A stretch of DNA of 32,000 bases from Okeania sp. (GCF_035285525.1 NZ_JAYKGW010000210.1:88361-120360), one strand, 5' to 3'. Counted from the stretch's first letter, positions 19,007 through 28,510 are shown. Translations and numbers: made by a program. Notes: a model not told the origin generated them from the letters alone.

Positions 19007-19140
19007 ACTGATAATTACCTTTCCCTAAAAGATTGAATAAAAGGAAAAAATTTATTTCTCAAGGGGAGATTAGATATGTGGTTTTCGGCGCTTTTTCCCC
19101 TTGAAAGGGAAGGCTTAAAGGGGGTAATTATTTAATTATT
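19007..19140. mobile_element. MITE-like element, family D (opposite orientation to 13570-13747)
   Basis: GATAATTACCTTTCCCTAAAAGATTGAATAAAAGGAAAAAATTTATTTCTCAAGGGGAGA matches the reverse complement of 13681-13747. It ends in AATTATTTAATTATTTAA. Confidence 0.55.
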
Positions 19141-19352
19141 TAATGTATTAATTCTTTTGAAAAAAATAGAGATTTCATATAGTTATAAAAAATAAAAATT
19201 TTACGCAGTATATATATATTTATATACTATCTATAGTAACAAGCTTATCCATAGTTGCTTTATTCAATTTAATTGTCGATCCACTATACATATTTAGATT
19301 AGTAGAAATTGAAGGGTTTAATGCTTATAAACCCAAGATAGATACTTCCGGA

Positions 19353-20384
19353 ATGCGGGTGACAAAATCCATTGATGTTGCTAAAAAAGATTATAATACA
19401 TTAATATTAGGAACTTCTAGAGCTTTTAATGGATTAGATCCTTTAGCCGATATCTTAACTGAAAAATCTGCATACAATGCTAGTTTTAATTCTTCTAATA
19501 TATATGAAATGCACAAAGTTTTTCAGCTATCTTTGCATAATAAAAATCTGAAAACAATTATTATTTCTCTGGATTTTTTTGCTTTTTCAGATCATAAACA
19601 AGTGTCTGGAGATTTTAGAATTTCTAGATTTGCTACAAAATACTTTTTGCTACTCAATTTACATCAACTAATATCTCTTCAAAATTTCCAATATTCCCTA
19701 GAAACAATTAAATTTAACTTGAAAGGTATTTATACAAGACAATTTTATACAAAACAAGGATTTAGACAAGTTAAAGATGAGTATATTCCTCATCGAGAGC
19801 TTTTTATCAAACAAAGTAATGAGTATTTTAATACCTATTCAATTTTTTCCTATAGTCAAGAAAGATTTATTTTATTTAAAGAAATACTTGAAAAATGTCA
19901 TCAAAATAATATTCAAGTTTATCTATTTATCTCTCCTATTCATGCTCGTCAGTTAGAAATTCTAAGAGTTATGAATAAATATGTTCTTTTTGAACAATGG
20001 AAAAGAGATTTAGTAGATATTGTTGAGGAGGCAAATCAAGAATATTCTAATCAAGCTCCATTCTTGCTTTTTGATTTTACAGGTTATAACAGTATCACAA
20101 CTGAATCAATTCCTGTTAAAGATAGTCAAGAACAAATGAAATGGTACACAGAGTCATCTCATTATAAAAAAGAACTTGGTAATTTAGTATTAGATATTAT
20201 TTTAAATTATCCATCAATAAATAATGATATTTATGATAATTTTGGAATAGTAATAAACAATAATAATATTGAATCTCATTTAGCTAATATTCGTATTCAG
20301 CAAAGAAAATATCACAAAAATTTTCCTAATGAATTGATAGAAATTGAGAACTTATCAAATCAAAAAAAAAAGATTAGTAAATAA
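19353..20384 (+). CDS. Hypothetical protein, very AT-rich; the reading frame is open upstream to 19170 and encodes a transmembrane-like segment with no canonical start
   Basis: 343-aa ORF from the first ATG. Upstream in frame (19170-19352): RFHIVIKNKNFTQYIYIYILSIVTSLSIVALFNLIVDPLYIFRLVEIEGFNAYKPKIDTSG, with no ATG/GTG/TTG. I recognise no family motif with confidence. Confidence 0.55.
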   Translation: MRVTKSIDVAKKDYNTLILGTSRAFNGLDPLADILTEKSAYNASFNSSNIYEMHKVFQLSLHNKNLKTIIISLDFFAFSDHKQVSGDFRISRFATKYFLLLNLHQLISLQNFQYSLETIKFNLKGIYTRQFYTKQGFRQVKDEYIPHRELFIKQSNEYFNTYSIFSYSQERFILFKEILEKCHQNNIQVYLFISPIHARQLEILRVMNKYVLFEQWKRDLVDIVEEANQEYSNQAPFLLFDFTGYNSITTESIPVKDSQEQMKWYTESSHYKKELGNLVLDIILNYPSINNDIYDNFGIVINNNNIESHLANIRIQQRKYHKNFPNELIEIENLSNQKKKISK

Positions 20385-20831
20385 ATAAATAGTCGTCATG
20401 CAAAGCTTCCCTTTATTCTGAGGTATATAGCTAGTAGGGAAGATGCTCACAATACAATGATGAAGCAGCTTTATAGGAAAACTGTATGGGATAAATTTCC
20501 TCAATGTTGTGATTTGTAAGACAGCAATATTACTACTCTAAAAATTTAGCAATTAATTTTTGCTTAGCCTCTAACTTTTTGCTATTAACTTCTTCTCATT
20601 CCTTTTAAATATCAGACTTCAAATAATTTTTGATTTCTAGCAATATACTTGTATCACTATCATCACCACTTTCTAAGTCCCCTAATATAACTCAATCTTC
20701 CTAGTCTAAAAATTACAGATTTATGGTATTCATAATTCATTTTTAGACTGCCAAAGAATAATGGTATTAAAATTAAAAAAATTAGTAAAGGTAAAATAGC
20801 TAACATTGTGATATTTTGAGTTAGTTTTATT

Positions 20832-21097
20832 GTTAAGTATTCAGCTATTAGCTATCAGCAATAATATCATGTCCGTTTAAATAGTTATCATTAGGAACAA
20901 AAAATATTTATTCCATCCCAGGCAAACCCAGAAACCCGTTACGAGCGTAGATGTTTATTGTTAAAAAAAATGATTTTAGAAACCGGGTTTCTTTGCGTAA
21001 ATCCTAATAATATTAAGACCATGTTTTTTGAAGAAGATTTAACTTTTGCTTGACGAAACAAAAGCTGATTGCTAACACTTGAATGCTGAATGCTTAC
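20832..21097. mobile_element. Nested MITEs: a family-B element (20920-21005) inside a family-A element
   Basis: Outer ends GTTAAGTATTCAGCTATTAGC and GAATGCTGAATGCTTAC. The inner element runs AGGCAAACCCAGAAACCCGTT ... AGAAACCGGGTTTCTTTGCGTAAATCCT. Confidence 0.65.
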
Positions 21098-21256
21098 GAA
21101 AAGACTTTTGACTTTTAAATATTGACTAACGTGATTATCTAAAGTTCATATTAAAGTTAAGCACCCTCTACCTAAAGTCTCAATAAAATAAAAGTTAGGC
21201 ATATTCAGAATAAAAGTAAAGTTACCTTTGCAACTTAGCCTATTGAGGAATTAAAT

Positions 21257-22330
21257 ATGGTAAACGCCCAAACTGGGGAAGACCTCCACATTCGTCTGGA
21301 GGAAACACAGTTATTAGACCGTGATTGTACAACCCTATCACGTCATGTCCTTCAGCAACTTCACAGTTTCTCAGGAGACGCTCAAGATATTAGCGCTTTG
21401 ATGAATCGAATTGCTTTAGCAGGCAAATTAATCGCTCGTCGCTTAACTCGCGCTGGATTAGTCGAAGATGCTTTAGGATTTACTGGCACAGTTAATGTCC
21501 AGGGAGAATCCGTCAAAAAGATGGATATCTATGCCAATGATGTATTTATCTCCGTATTTAAGGAAAGTGGCCTTGTTTGTCGCTTGGCATCCGAGGAGAT
21601 GCAAAAACCCTATTATATTCCCGAAAATTGTCCAATTGGTCGCTATACCCTACTTTACGATCCCTTAGATGGTTCTTCCAATCTTGACATAAATCTCAAT
21701 GTAGGGTCTATTTTTTCAATTCGCCAACAAGAAGGCAATGATGAAGATGGTACTGCCCAAGATTTACTCCAAAGTGGACGTAAACAGATTGCTGCTGGTT
21801 ATATTTTGTATGGCCCTAGCACAATGTTGGTATATTCAATCGGCCAAGGAGTCCACGCATTTACTCTAGACCCTAGTTTGGGTGAGTTTATTCTGACTAA
21901 TGAGAATATTAAAATTCCCGACCACGGTCCAGTCTATAGTGTGAATGAAGGTAACTTTTGGCAGTGGGATGATTCTATCCGGGAGTATATTCGCTATGTT
22001 CATCGCCATGAAGGTTATACTGCTCGTTATGGTGGAGCCTTGGTTGGGGATTTCCATCGAATTTTATACCAAGGTGGGGTGTTTTTATATCCAGGTACGG
22101 TGAAAAAGCCTAGTGGAAAATTACGTTTACTATATGAATCAGCACCGATGGCTTTTTTAATCGAACAAGCAGGTGGGAGAGCTAGTACAGGAAAAGAAGA
22201 AATATTGGATGTAGTGGCAGGAGAACTGCATCAACGCACACCTTTGATTATTGGTAGTAAGGAAGATGTGGCACTTGTTCAGTCTTTTATTAAAGAACAA
22301 GAACGCATTTCTCAAGAAAAGAGGGAGTAA
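21257..22330 (+). CDS. fbp: Class 1 fructose-1,6-bisphosphatase
   Basis: 357 aa; [48 protein letters not shown] motifs; GAGGA 8 nt upstream of the ATG. First gene of the fbp-tal-zwf-opcA arrangement. Confidence 0.93.
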   Translation: MVNAQTGEDLHIRLEETQLLDRDCTTLSRHVLQQLHSFSGDAQDISALMNRIALAGKLIARRLTRAGLVEDALGFTGTVNVQGESVKKMDIYANDVFISVFKESGLVCRLASEEMQKPYYIPENCPIGRYTLLYDPLDGSSNLDINLNVGSIFSIRQQEGNDEDGTAQDLLQSGRKQIAAGYILYGPSTMLVYSIGQGVHAFTLDPSLGEFILTNENIKIPDHGPVYSVNEGNFWQWDDSIREYIRYVHRHEGYTARYGGALVGDFHRILYQGGVFLYPGTVKKPSGKLRLLYESAPMAFLIEQAGGRASTGKEEILDVVAGELHQRTPLIIGSKEDVALVQSFIKEQERISQEKRE

Positions 22331-22440
22331 GTAGGGAGTAGGGGAGTAGGGAAGAGTAAATGATAATTTCGTATGGGAGAATTGATTTCCTGTTAAAATT
22401 TTTGGAGATGTCTATTGAAATTAGGTTATGGGCAAGATTT

Positions 22441-22543
22441 ATGTACGCGAATCCAGAAACCAGGTTTTTCCTGGGTGTTGATTCTCAAAAACAATGACTT
22501 ACTGTAGAAACTGGGTTTCTTTGCCTAAACCCCGATAAAATTT
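22441..22543. mobile_element. MITE-like element, family B, in the fbp-tal spacer
   Basis: …CCAGAAACCAGGTTTTTCCTGGGTGTTGATTCTCAAAAACAATGACTTACTGTAGAAACTGGGTTTCTTTGCCTAAACC aligns with 10199-10300. A further degenerate copy lies at about 22600-22680. Confidence 0.55.
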
Positions 22544-23173
22544 AAAGTTGTTGTAAGCAACATAAAGATTTCATAAAGATCTACATATCTAGATGAGAAA
22601 CTGTGTTTATTGCTCTGTTGTGATTGAAACTACAAAACTTTTCTCATAAACTCGGTTTCTGCCTAAGTCTACTGAAGACAATACTAAAGAAATTTTGAAT
22701 ACTTGCAGTAGTACGCAACAGCTTAGTTATCCTTGAAGAGGTAACGTTATATGTAACTTTTCCTAAGTTGCGAAATTTAGGGAATTCTGAAAATCATCTG
22801 TTCAGCTTTATGGTTATGAGCCATTATATTTTCGTAGAAAGTTGCACATCCCTTGAGGTAGTTAACAAGCAACAGAAAAGATTTTAAGTTCTCGGTTTCA
22901 AAGGAATGCTCTTTGCTTTTCTTGTTGATTTTTTCTCGAAATATCCCTATTTGTATAGCACTACTGCATTGTTTCATCTTAAATGGTGCATTACTTTTTG
23001 GCTGTGTCTAGACAAGGAAAACAAGGAAGACAAGGAGGCAAGGAAGACAAGGAGGCAAGAGAGAAAATCACTCTGCACAGTTTTAGATGCAACGGTCTAC
23101 TACCATTCTTTAGAACTATCTAAAGGTACAAAAAACTCTAACAGAAAATACTAGAAATTAAGGTAAAATAACT

Positions 23174-24322
23174 ATGACAACTAATCATTTGCTAGAAATA
23201 GAAGACTTAGGTCAAAGTATTTGGATGGATAATCTAAGTCGCAATATTATTGAGTCGGGAGAACTCAAAAGCATGATTACTGACAAAGGTATTCGTGGTA
23301 TTACTTCTAACCCCGCAATCTTTGAAAAGGCGATCGCTGGTAATGCTATTTATGATGCGGATATTGAAGCTGGTATTAGTGCTGGTAAGTCAGTGATGGA
23401 AATATATGAGTCTCTTGTGTTTAAGGATATTCGTGATGCTTGTGATATTTTCATGCCAGTTTATGAAAAGACTGAAGGTTTAGATGGTTATATTAGTATA
23501 GAAGTTCCACCAACTATTGCTAAAGATACAGAAAGTACCATTAGTGAAGCACTTCGTTATTATACTGCTATTGGTCGTGAAAACCTAATGATTAAAATTC
23601 CTGGTACACCAGAAGGTTTACCAGCAGTAACGCGAGTTATTAGTGAGGGTATCAATGTCAACGTTACTTTGTTGTTCTCCGTAGAAAGTTATATAAATAC
23701 AGCTTGGGCATATATTGAAGGTTTAGAAGCTAGAGCTGCTAAAGGAGAAGATATTAGTAAAATAGCTTCTGTGGCAAGTTTCTTCCTAAGTCGAATTGAT
23801 AGTAATATTGATGGTACTATTACTAGCAAACTTAAGGATGTCACAGATGAAACTGTTAAGGCAAAACTAGAAGCAGTAAAAGGAAAAGTAGCGATCGCTA
23901 ATGCTAAAATTGCTTATCAAGAATACAAAAACATTATTCAAAGCGAGCGTTGGAAAGCTTTATCAGCAAAAGGGGCAAAAGTACAACGACTATTATGGGC
24001 AAGCACTAGCACTAAAGACCCAAGCTATAGTGATGTCATGTATGTTGATGAATTAATAGGACTTAATACAGTTAATACTTTGCCTCCCCAAACTATTGAT
24101 GCTTGTTTCGATCATTGTGATGTTGACAACCGAGTTGAGACAAACATTGAAGCAGCAAGGGAAGTTATAGAAAGTCTCAAAGACCCAGATATTGATATCA
24201 ATATTGACCAGGTGATGGAGCAACTTCTAGGAGAAGGAATTGATAAATTTGTCAAACCTTTCACTTCTTTAATTAATTCTCTAGAAGAGAAAGTTAAAAA
24301 ATTAGCACCTGTTTCCAACTAA
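23174..24322 (+). CDS. tal: Transaldolase (long cyanobacterial type)
   Basis: 382 aa; GQSIWMDNLSR, GITSNPAIFEKAI, LMIKIPGT (Schiff-base Lys context), NVTLLFS, SFFLSRID, LLWASTSTKDP. Confidence 0.93.
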   Translation: MTTNHLLEIEDLGQSIWMDNLSRNIIESGELKSMITDKGIRGITSNPAIFEKAIAGNAIYDADIEAGISAGKSVMEIYESLVFKDIRDACDIFMPVYEKTEGLDGYISIEVPPTIAKDTESTISEALRYYTAIGRENLMIKIPGTPEGLPAVTRVISEGINVNVTLLFSVESYINTAWAYIEGLEARAAKGEDISKIASVASFFLSRIDSNIDGTITSKLKDVTDETVKAKLEAVKGKVAIANAKIAYQEYKNIIQSERWKALSAKGAKVQRLLWASTSTKDPSYSDVMYVDELIGLNTVNTLPPQTIDACFDHCDVDNRVETNIEAAREVIESLKDPDIDINIDQVMEQLLGEGIDKFVKPFTSLINSLEEKVKKLAPVSN

Positions 24323-24808
24323 TTAAATTTAGAAATTTGTAGTAGGAAATTTGTAGGGTGCGTTTCTGCGCTTGAGCGGACATAAAAAGACGGCTTAACT
24401 ATAAACTATGAAAAAGATTTAGGAATCCGTCGTTACGCACCATCTTAAGTTTTTCAATATATATTAAGATGGTGCGTTAAACTTAGTTTTTTCCTTTCCT
24501 CCGGAATGCTTAGCAAACGGAATGCTGCCTCTTGTAGAGGAGCTGCGCTAACGCAAACATTTCCCGCAGCGTTTTCCTGACGGAATGCTACGCAAATATG
24601 TCGGCTCTTAGCGGAAAATACACTCTACTGGACTGTTTCATCTTAAGATGTAGGTTGGGTTGTAGCTTGCTTCCACGCAGCGGTTCAGAGTGAAACAAAA
24701 AAAACCTTACTAATGTTGGGTCTCGTACCATGCTACGCAACCCTAACAAGAACAACCCAACCTACGGCTAAATCTTGAAACTCATCCAGAAATTATCAAC
24801 TCTTTCTT

Positions 24809-24846
24809 CCTGTTCCCTGTTCCCTGTTCCCTGTTCCCTGTTCCCT
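24809..24846. repeat. Heptamer tandem repeat (CCTGTTC)x5, ending 16 nt before the zwf ATG
   Basis: Exact 7-nt period. The complementary GGGAACA heptamer occurs at 1435-1456. Confidence 0.9.
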
Positions 24847-24862
24847 CTTTATAACTGAATAA

Positions 24863-26392
24863 ATGGTAGCATTATTAGAAAATCCTTTACGGGTTGGATT
24901 ACAACAAGACCGGGTTCCCGAACCACAAATTCTGATTATTTTTGGTGCATCCGGTGACTTAACCCAAAGAAAACTGGTTCCTGCATTATATCAAATGAAG
25001 CTCGAACGGAGACTCCCCCCCGAACTAACAATAGTCGGAGTCGCCCGCAGAGAATGGAGCCATGATTATTTCCGCGAACAAATGCGGACTGGTATACAAG
25101 ACTTTGGGGGTGGTTTACAATCTGAAGATATCTGGAATGATTTTGCCAAAGGACTTTTTTACTGCTCTGGAAACATAGACAAACCAGAAGATTATCAGAA
25201 ACTCAAAGAATTTTTAGCTGAACTGGATGAAGAGAGGGGTACGCGAGGTAATCGTGTATTTTACTTATCGGTAGCACCCCGCTTTTTTGGGGAAGCTACT
25301 CAACAGTTAGGGGCAGCCGGAATGTTAGCTGACCCCAAAAAGCAAAGATTAGTTATTGAAAAACCTTTTGGTAGAGACCTTAGTTCTGCTCAGGTACTGA
25401 ATAAAGTTGTCCGTCAAGTTTGCCCGGAAGAGCAAATATATCGCATTGACCATTATCTGGGTAAAGAAACTGTGCAAAACTTAATGGTATTTAGATTTGC
25501 TAATGCCATTTTTGAACCTTTGTGGAATCGTCAATTTGTCGATAACGTGCAAATTACTGTGGCAGAAACAGTAGGATTAGAAGGACGTGCTGGATATTAT
25601 GAAACATCTGGCGCTCTGCGGGATATGGTACAAAACCACCTGATGCAGTTATTTTCTTTGACAGCAATGGAACCTCCTAACTCCCTAGATGCTGACAGTA
25701 TTCGCAACGAAAAAGTGAAAGTAGTTCAGGCAACTCACTTGGCAGATTTAGAACGGTTAGAATATTCAGCAACTCGTGGTCAGTATACAGAGGGTTGGAT
25801 GAAAGGTAAAAATGTTCCAGCTTATCGGGAAGAGGGTGGAGCAGATTCTAATTCAACAACACCTACTTATGCAGCACTGAAACTGAATATTGATAACTGG
25901 CGTTGGAAAGGAGTACCATTCTATTTGCGGACTGGGAAGCGAATGCCAAAAAAAGTCTCGGAAATTGCGATTCAGTTTAAAGAAGTTCCATATTTGATGT
26001 TCCAGTCCGCAGCTAAACAAGCAAACCCCAATGTTTTGGCTTTGCGCATCCAACCTAATGAGGGGATATCTATGCGTTTTGAAGTGAAAACACCAGGTAG
26101 TTCTTTGCGGACTCGCTCGGTAGATATGGATTTCCGTTACGATACTGCTTTTGGTAAACCAAGTACAGATGCTTATAGTCGTTTATTGATTGATTGTATG
26201 TTAGCAGATCAAACTTTGTTTACTCGTGGTGATGAAGTGGAAGCATCTTGGCGAGCATTAACACCAATACTTAGTATTTGGGATGCTCCGGCTCCACCAG
26301 ATGCAATACCTCTTTATGAAGCAGGTAGTTGGGGACCAGTTGAGGCAGAACTTTTGTTGAATCGAGATGGTCGTCGTTGGCGCAGACTTTAA
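24863..26392 (+). CDS. zwf: Glucose-6-phosphate 1-dehydrogenase
   Basis: 509 aa; NADP site [13 protein letters not shown], active-site [17 protein letters not shown]. Confidence 0.95.
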   Translation: MVALLENPLRVGLQQDRVPEPQILIIFGASGDLTQRKLVPALYQMKLERRLPPELTIVGVARREWSHDYFREQMRTGIQDFGGGLQSEDIWNDFAKGLFYCSGNIDKPEDYQKLKEFLAELDEERGTRGNRVFYLSVAPRFFGEATQQLGAAGMLADPKKQRLVIEKPFGRDLSSAQVLNKVVRQVCPEEQIYRIDHYLGKETVQNLMVFRFANAIFEPLWNRQFVDNVQITVAETVGLEGRAGYYETSGALRDMVQNHLMQLFSLTAMEPPNSLDADSIRNEKVKVVQATHLADLERLEYSATRGQYTEGWMKGKNVPAYREEGGADSNSTTPTYAALKLNIDNWRWKGVPFYLRTGKRMPKKVSEIAIQFKEVPYLMFQSAAKQANPNVLALRIQPNEGISMRFEVKTPGSSLRTRSVDMDFRYDTAFGKPSTDAYSRLLIDCMLADQTLFTRGDEVEASWRALTPILSIWDAPAPPDAIPLYEAGSWGPVEAELLLNRDGRRWRRL

Positions 26393-26429
26393 AGCAGTTA
26401 TTCAGTGAACAGTTATCAGTTATCCGCTA

Positions 26430-26835
26430 AAACCTGTAGCACAGGTATCTTGCCTCTAATAACCGTAACTGTAGCACAGGTGTCTTGCCTGTAATCAAGG
26501 TAAATATAGCACAGGGTCTTGACCTGTAAAAACGTAAATGTAGTACAGGCATCTTGCCTGTAATCAAGGTAAATGTAACACAGGCATCTTGCCTGTAATC
26601 AAGGTAAATATAGCACAGGCATCTTGCCTGTAATTAAGGTAAATGTAATACAGGCATCTTGCCTGTAATTAAGGTAAATGTAACACAGGCATCTTGCCTG
26701 TAATTAAGGTAAATATAGCACAGGGTCTTGACCTGTAAAAACGTAAATGTAACACAGGCATCTTGCCTGTAATCAAGGTAAATACAACACAGGGTCTTGA
26801 CCTGTAAAAACGTAAATGTAGCACAGGCATCTTGC
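26430..26835. repeat. Tandem array module 1: 12 units with a 34-35 bp period, each carrying a short hairpin (consensus GTAAATGTAACACAGGCATCTTGCCTGTAATCAAG)
   Basis: ACAGG anchors at 26441, 26476, 26511, 26545, 26580, 26615, 26650, 26685, 26720, 26754, 26789 and 26823. The hairpin is ACAGGCA-TCT-TGCCTGT. Units 3, 9 and 11 carry the variant ACAGGGTCTTGACCTGTAAAAACG. Confidence 0.9.
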
Positions 26836-27122
26836 TGGTTACAGCCGAGAAGGCTGTGTTACAATAAATTGGTGACACGGGTATCTTGCTGGTTACAGCC
26901 TAGAAGGCTTACAATAAATTGGTGACACGGGTATCTTCCTGGTTACAGCCTAGAAGGCTTACAATAAATTGGTGACACGGGTATCTTCCTGGTTACAGCC
27001 TAGAAAGCTTACAATAAATTGGTGACACGGGTATCTTCCTGGTTACAGCCTAGAAAGCTTACAATAAATTGGTGACACAGGTATCTTGCTGGTTAGAGCC
27101 TGGAAGGATGTGTTACAATAAA
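26823..27122. repeat. Tandem array module 2: a hybrid junction unit plus 5 units with an exact 50-bp period (GACACGGGTATCTTCCTGGTTACAGCCTAGAAGGCTTACAATAAATTGGT)
   Basis: ACACGG/ACACAG anchors at 26875, 26925, 26975, 27025 and 27075. The 5' part is homologous to module-1 units, and the added segment has the hairpin AGCCT-AGA-AGGCT. The unit at 26823 starts like module 1 and ends like module 2. Confidence 0.9.
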
Positions 27123-27137
27123 TGAAAACCACTTTAG

Positions 27138-27186
27138 CTGATAACTTATAACTGATAACTGATAACTGATAACTAATAACTGATAT
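27138..27186. repeat. Heptamer tandem repeat (CTGATAA)x7 with two variant units, ending 1 nt before the opcA ATG
   Basis: Exact 7-nt period. The reverse-complement heptamer (CAGTTAT) occurs at 26395-26424 just after the zwf stop. The same CTGATAA array recurs at 31846-31870. Confidence 0.9.
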
Positions 27187-27187
27187 T

Positions 27188-28510
27188 ATGATGACAACAC
27201 TTGTTGCCTTACAACAACCAAAAGATATTTCTCTCAGTGAAATTGAAGCAGAACTCAATAAAATCTGGCTTAGTCAAGGTGGAGGCAAAGCTGCTCCCAT
27301 TGCTACCAGAGCTGCAACTTTTAGTATGGTCATCTATGCACCCGAAGAATGCCAACAACTTTTAGCTGGTTTGGGATTCTACAAAGGTGAAATAGATGGT
27401 TTTAATGGAAGAAGAAGTCGTGAAGCTATCAAAGAGGCTCAAAAAACTTATAAATTACCAATCACAGGTAGACTAGACTCCGAAACCCTCAGTAAGTTAC
27501 GTTCCGAGTGGGCAGCAAAATTACCCGAAGACCAACAATTCTCCAATCTGGATATTAGGGGTTCTGATATTAGTGAAGCGATCGCTAGTCAAAATCCCTG
27601 TAGAATTATCATATTATGTCCTACCTTTGGAGAGGATACAGGGGTAACAGCTCAAGTTTCTGCTTATTGCCCCATTCAGAAAAAGGAGTCTTCCTTAATT
27701 TGTTGTGAATATATTGCCTTACGGGGAACCAAAGAAGCACTGGAACGGATGGGAGACGTAGTTACATCATTAATGGTTCCCGATTTACCTAAATTTGTTT
27801 GGTGGAAAGCTACTCCTAACCCAGAACAAGAACTTTTCCGTCGCCTGTCTGAAAATAGCAATTGCATTATTGTGGATTCATCTTATTTTAGCAATCCAGA
27901 ATCAGAATTTCTGAAAATGGAGGAGTTGATTGAAAATGAAACTTATATTGCTGACTTAAACTGGCATCGAATATCTGCATGGCAAGAGTTAACCGCTGCT
28001 ACTTTTGACCCACCAGAACGTCGGGCTTCTCTGGGTGAAATTGACATAATTACTCTTGATTATGAAAAAGGGAACCCCGCTCAAGCATTAATGTTTTTAG
28101 GTTGGTTCGCTAGTCGTCTTAATTGGCAACCTCAAACTTATACTGCAAATGGTGGTGATTATGATATTACCCATATTAAGTTTATCGGTCCTAATGGTAA
28201 GGAGATTTTAGCAGAGTTAGCAGCTATTCCCACTGCTGACTATGGGGAAATTCCTGGAGATTTAGTGGGTGTACGTTTAGATTCGAGTAATCCGAATACA
28301 GATTGTTGTACTATTTTGTGTTCTGAAACTACTGGTTGTATGAGATTAGAAGCGGGTGGTAGTGCCCAGTCTTGTCGGACAGAGCAGGTAAGTGCTTTAA
28401 GCGATCAGAAGGCGGAATATTTGATGGCTCAACAGTTACAACGTTGGGGAAGAGAGGTTTTGTATGAAGAGAGTTTAGCTGTAACTACTGAAATTATCAA
28501 GTTGCGTTAA
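27188..28510 (+). CDS. opcA: Glucose-6-phosphate dehydrogenase assembly/activator protein OpcA
   Basis: 440 aa; N-terminal LQQPKDISLSEIEAELNKIW…ATRAATFSMVIY, …DLPKFVWWKATP…, and its position directly after zwf. It contains an embedded peptidoglycan-binding-like motif (see findings). Confidence 0.9.
   Translation: MMTTLVALQQPKDISLSEIEAELNKIWLSQGGGKAAPIATRAATFSMVIYAPEECQQLLAGLGFYKGEIDGFNGRRSREAIKEAQKTYKLPITGRLDSETLSKLRSEWAAKLPEDQQFSNLDIRGSDISEAIASQNPCRIIILCPTFGEDTGVTAQVSAYCPIQKKESSLICCEYIALRGTKEALERMGDVVTSLMVPDLPKFVWWKATPNPEQELFRRLSENSNCIIVDSSYFSNPESEFLKMEELIENETYIADLNWHRISAWQELTAATFDPPERRASLGEIDIITLDYEKGNPAQALMFLGWFASRLNWQPQTYTANGGDYDITHIKFIGPNGKEILAELAAIPTADYGEIPGDLVGVRLDSSNPNTDCCTILCSETTGCMRLEAGGSAQSCRTEQVSALSDQKAEYLMAQQLQRWGREVLYEESLAVTTEIIKLR

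Noticed and set aside
21100-21256. NtcA-type site (GTA-N8-TAC) or another obvious nitrogen-control motif upstream of fbp, tal and zwf
   Set aside because: I found only off-spacing matches (GTA-N4-TAC at about 21215; GTA-N6-TAC at about 24727) and no canonical GTA-N8-TAC with a -10 box at the right distance.
22777-23154. Overlapping ORFs 22777..22977 (-) and 22906..23154 (+) in the fbp-tal spacer
   Set aside because: They overlap each other on opposite strands. The + ORF is largely a translation of the purine-rich CAAGGARRA run (KENKEDKEARKTRRQERK). Neither has a ribosome-binding context or a recognisable family.
26430-27122. Possible CRISPR array (regularly spaced repeats of about 35 bp with hairpins)
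   Set aside because: The units are directly contiguous, with no unique spacers between them. The period equals the repeat length (35 bp, then 50 bp). No cas genes or leader are nearby. It is a satellite-type tandem repeat, not a CRISPR.
26669-27258. Track ORFs 26669..26878 (-) and 27043..27258 (-)
   Set aside because: Their peptides are periodic translations of the tandem array (…GKMPVLHLRFYRSRPC… repeated) and of the heptamer run (VISYQLSVISYKLS). The second overlaps the opcA start on the opposite strand. They are artefacts of repeat DNA.
8287-27867. Antisense ORFs 8287..8517, 21866..22057, 24112..24318, 25853..26053 and 27676..27867
   Set aside because: Each lies opposite a confidently identified gene (response regulator, fbp, tal, zwf, opcA) and shows no motif or start-context support.
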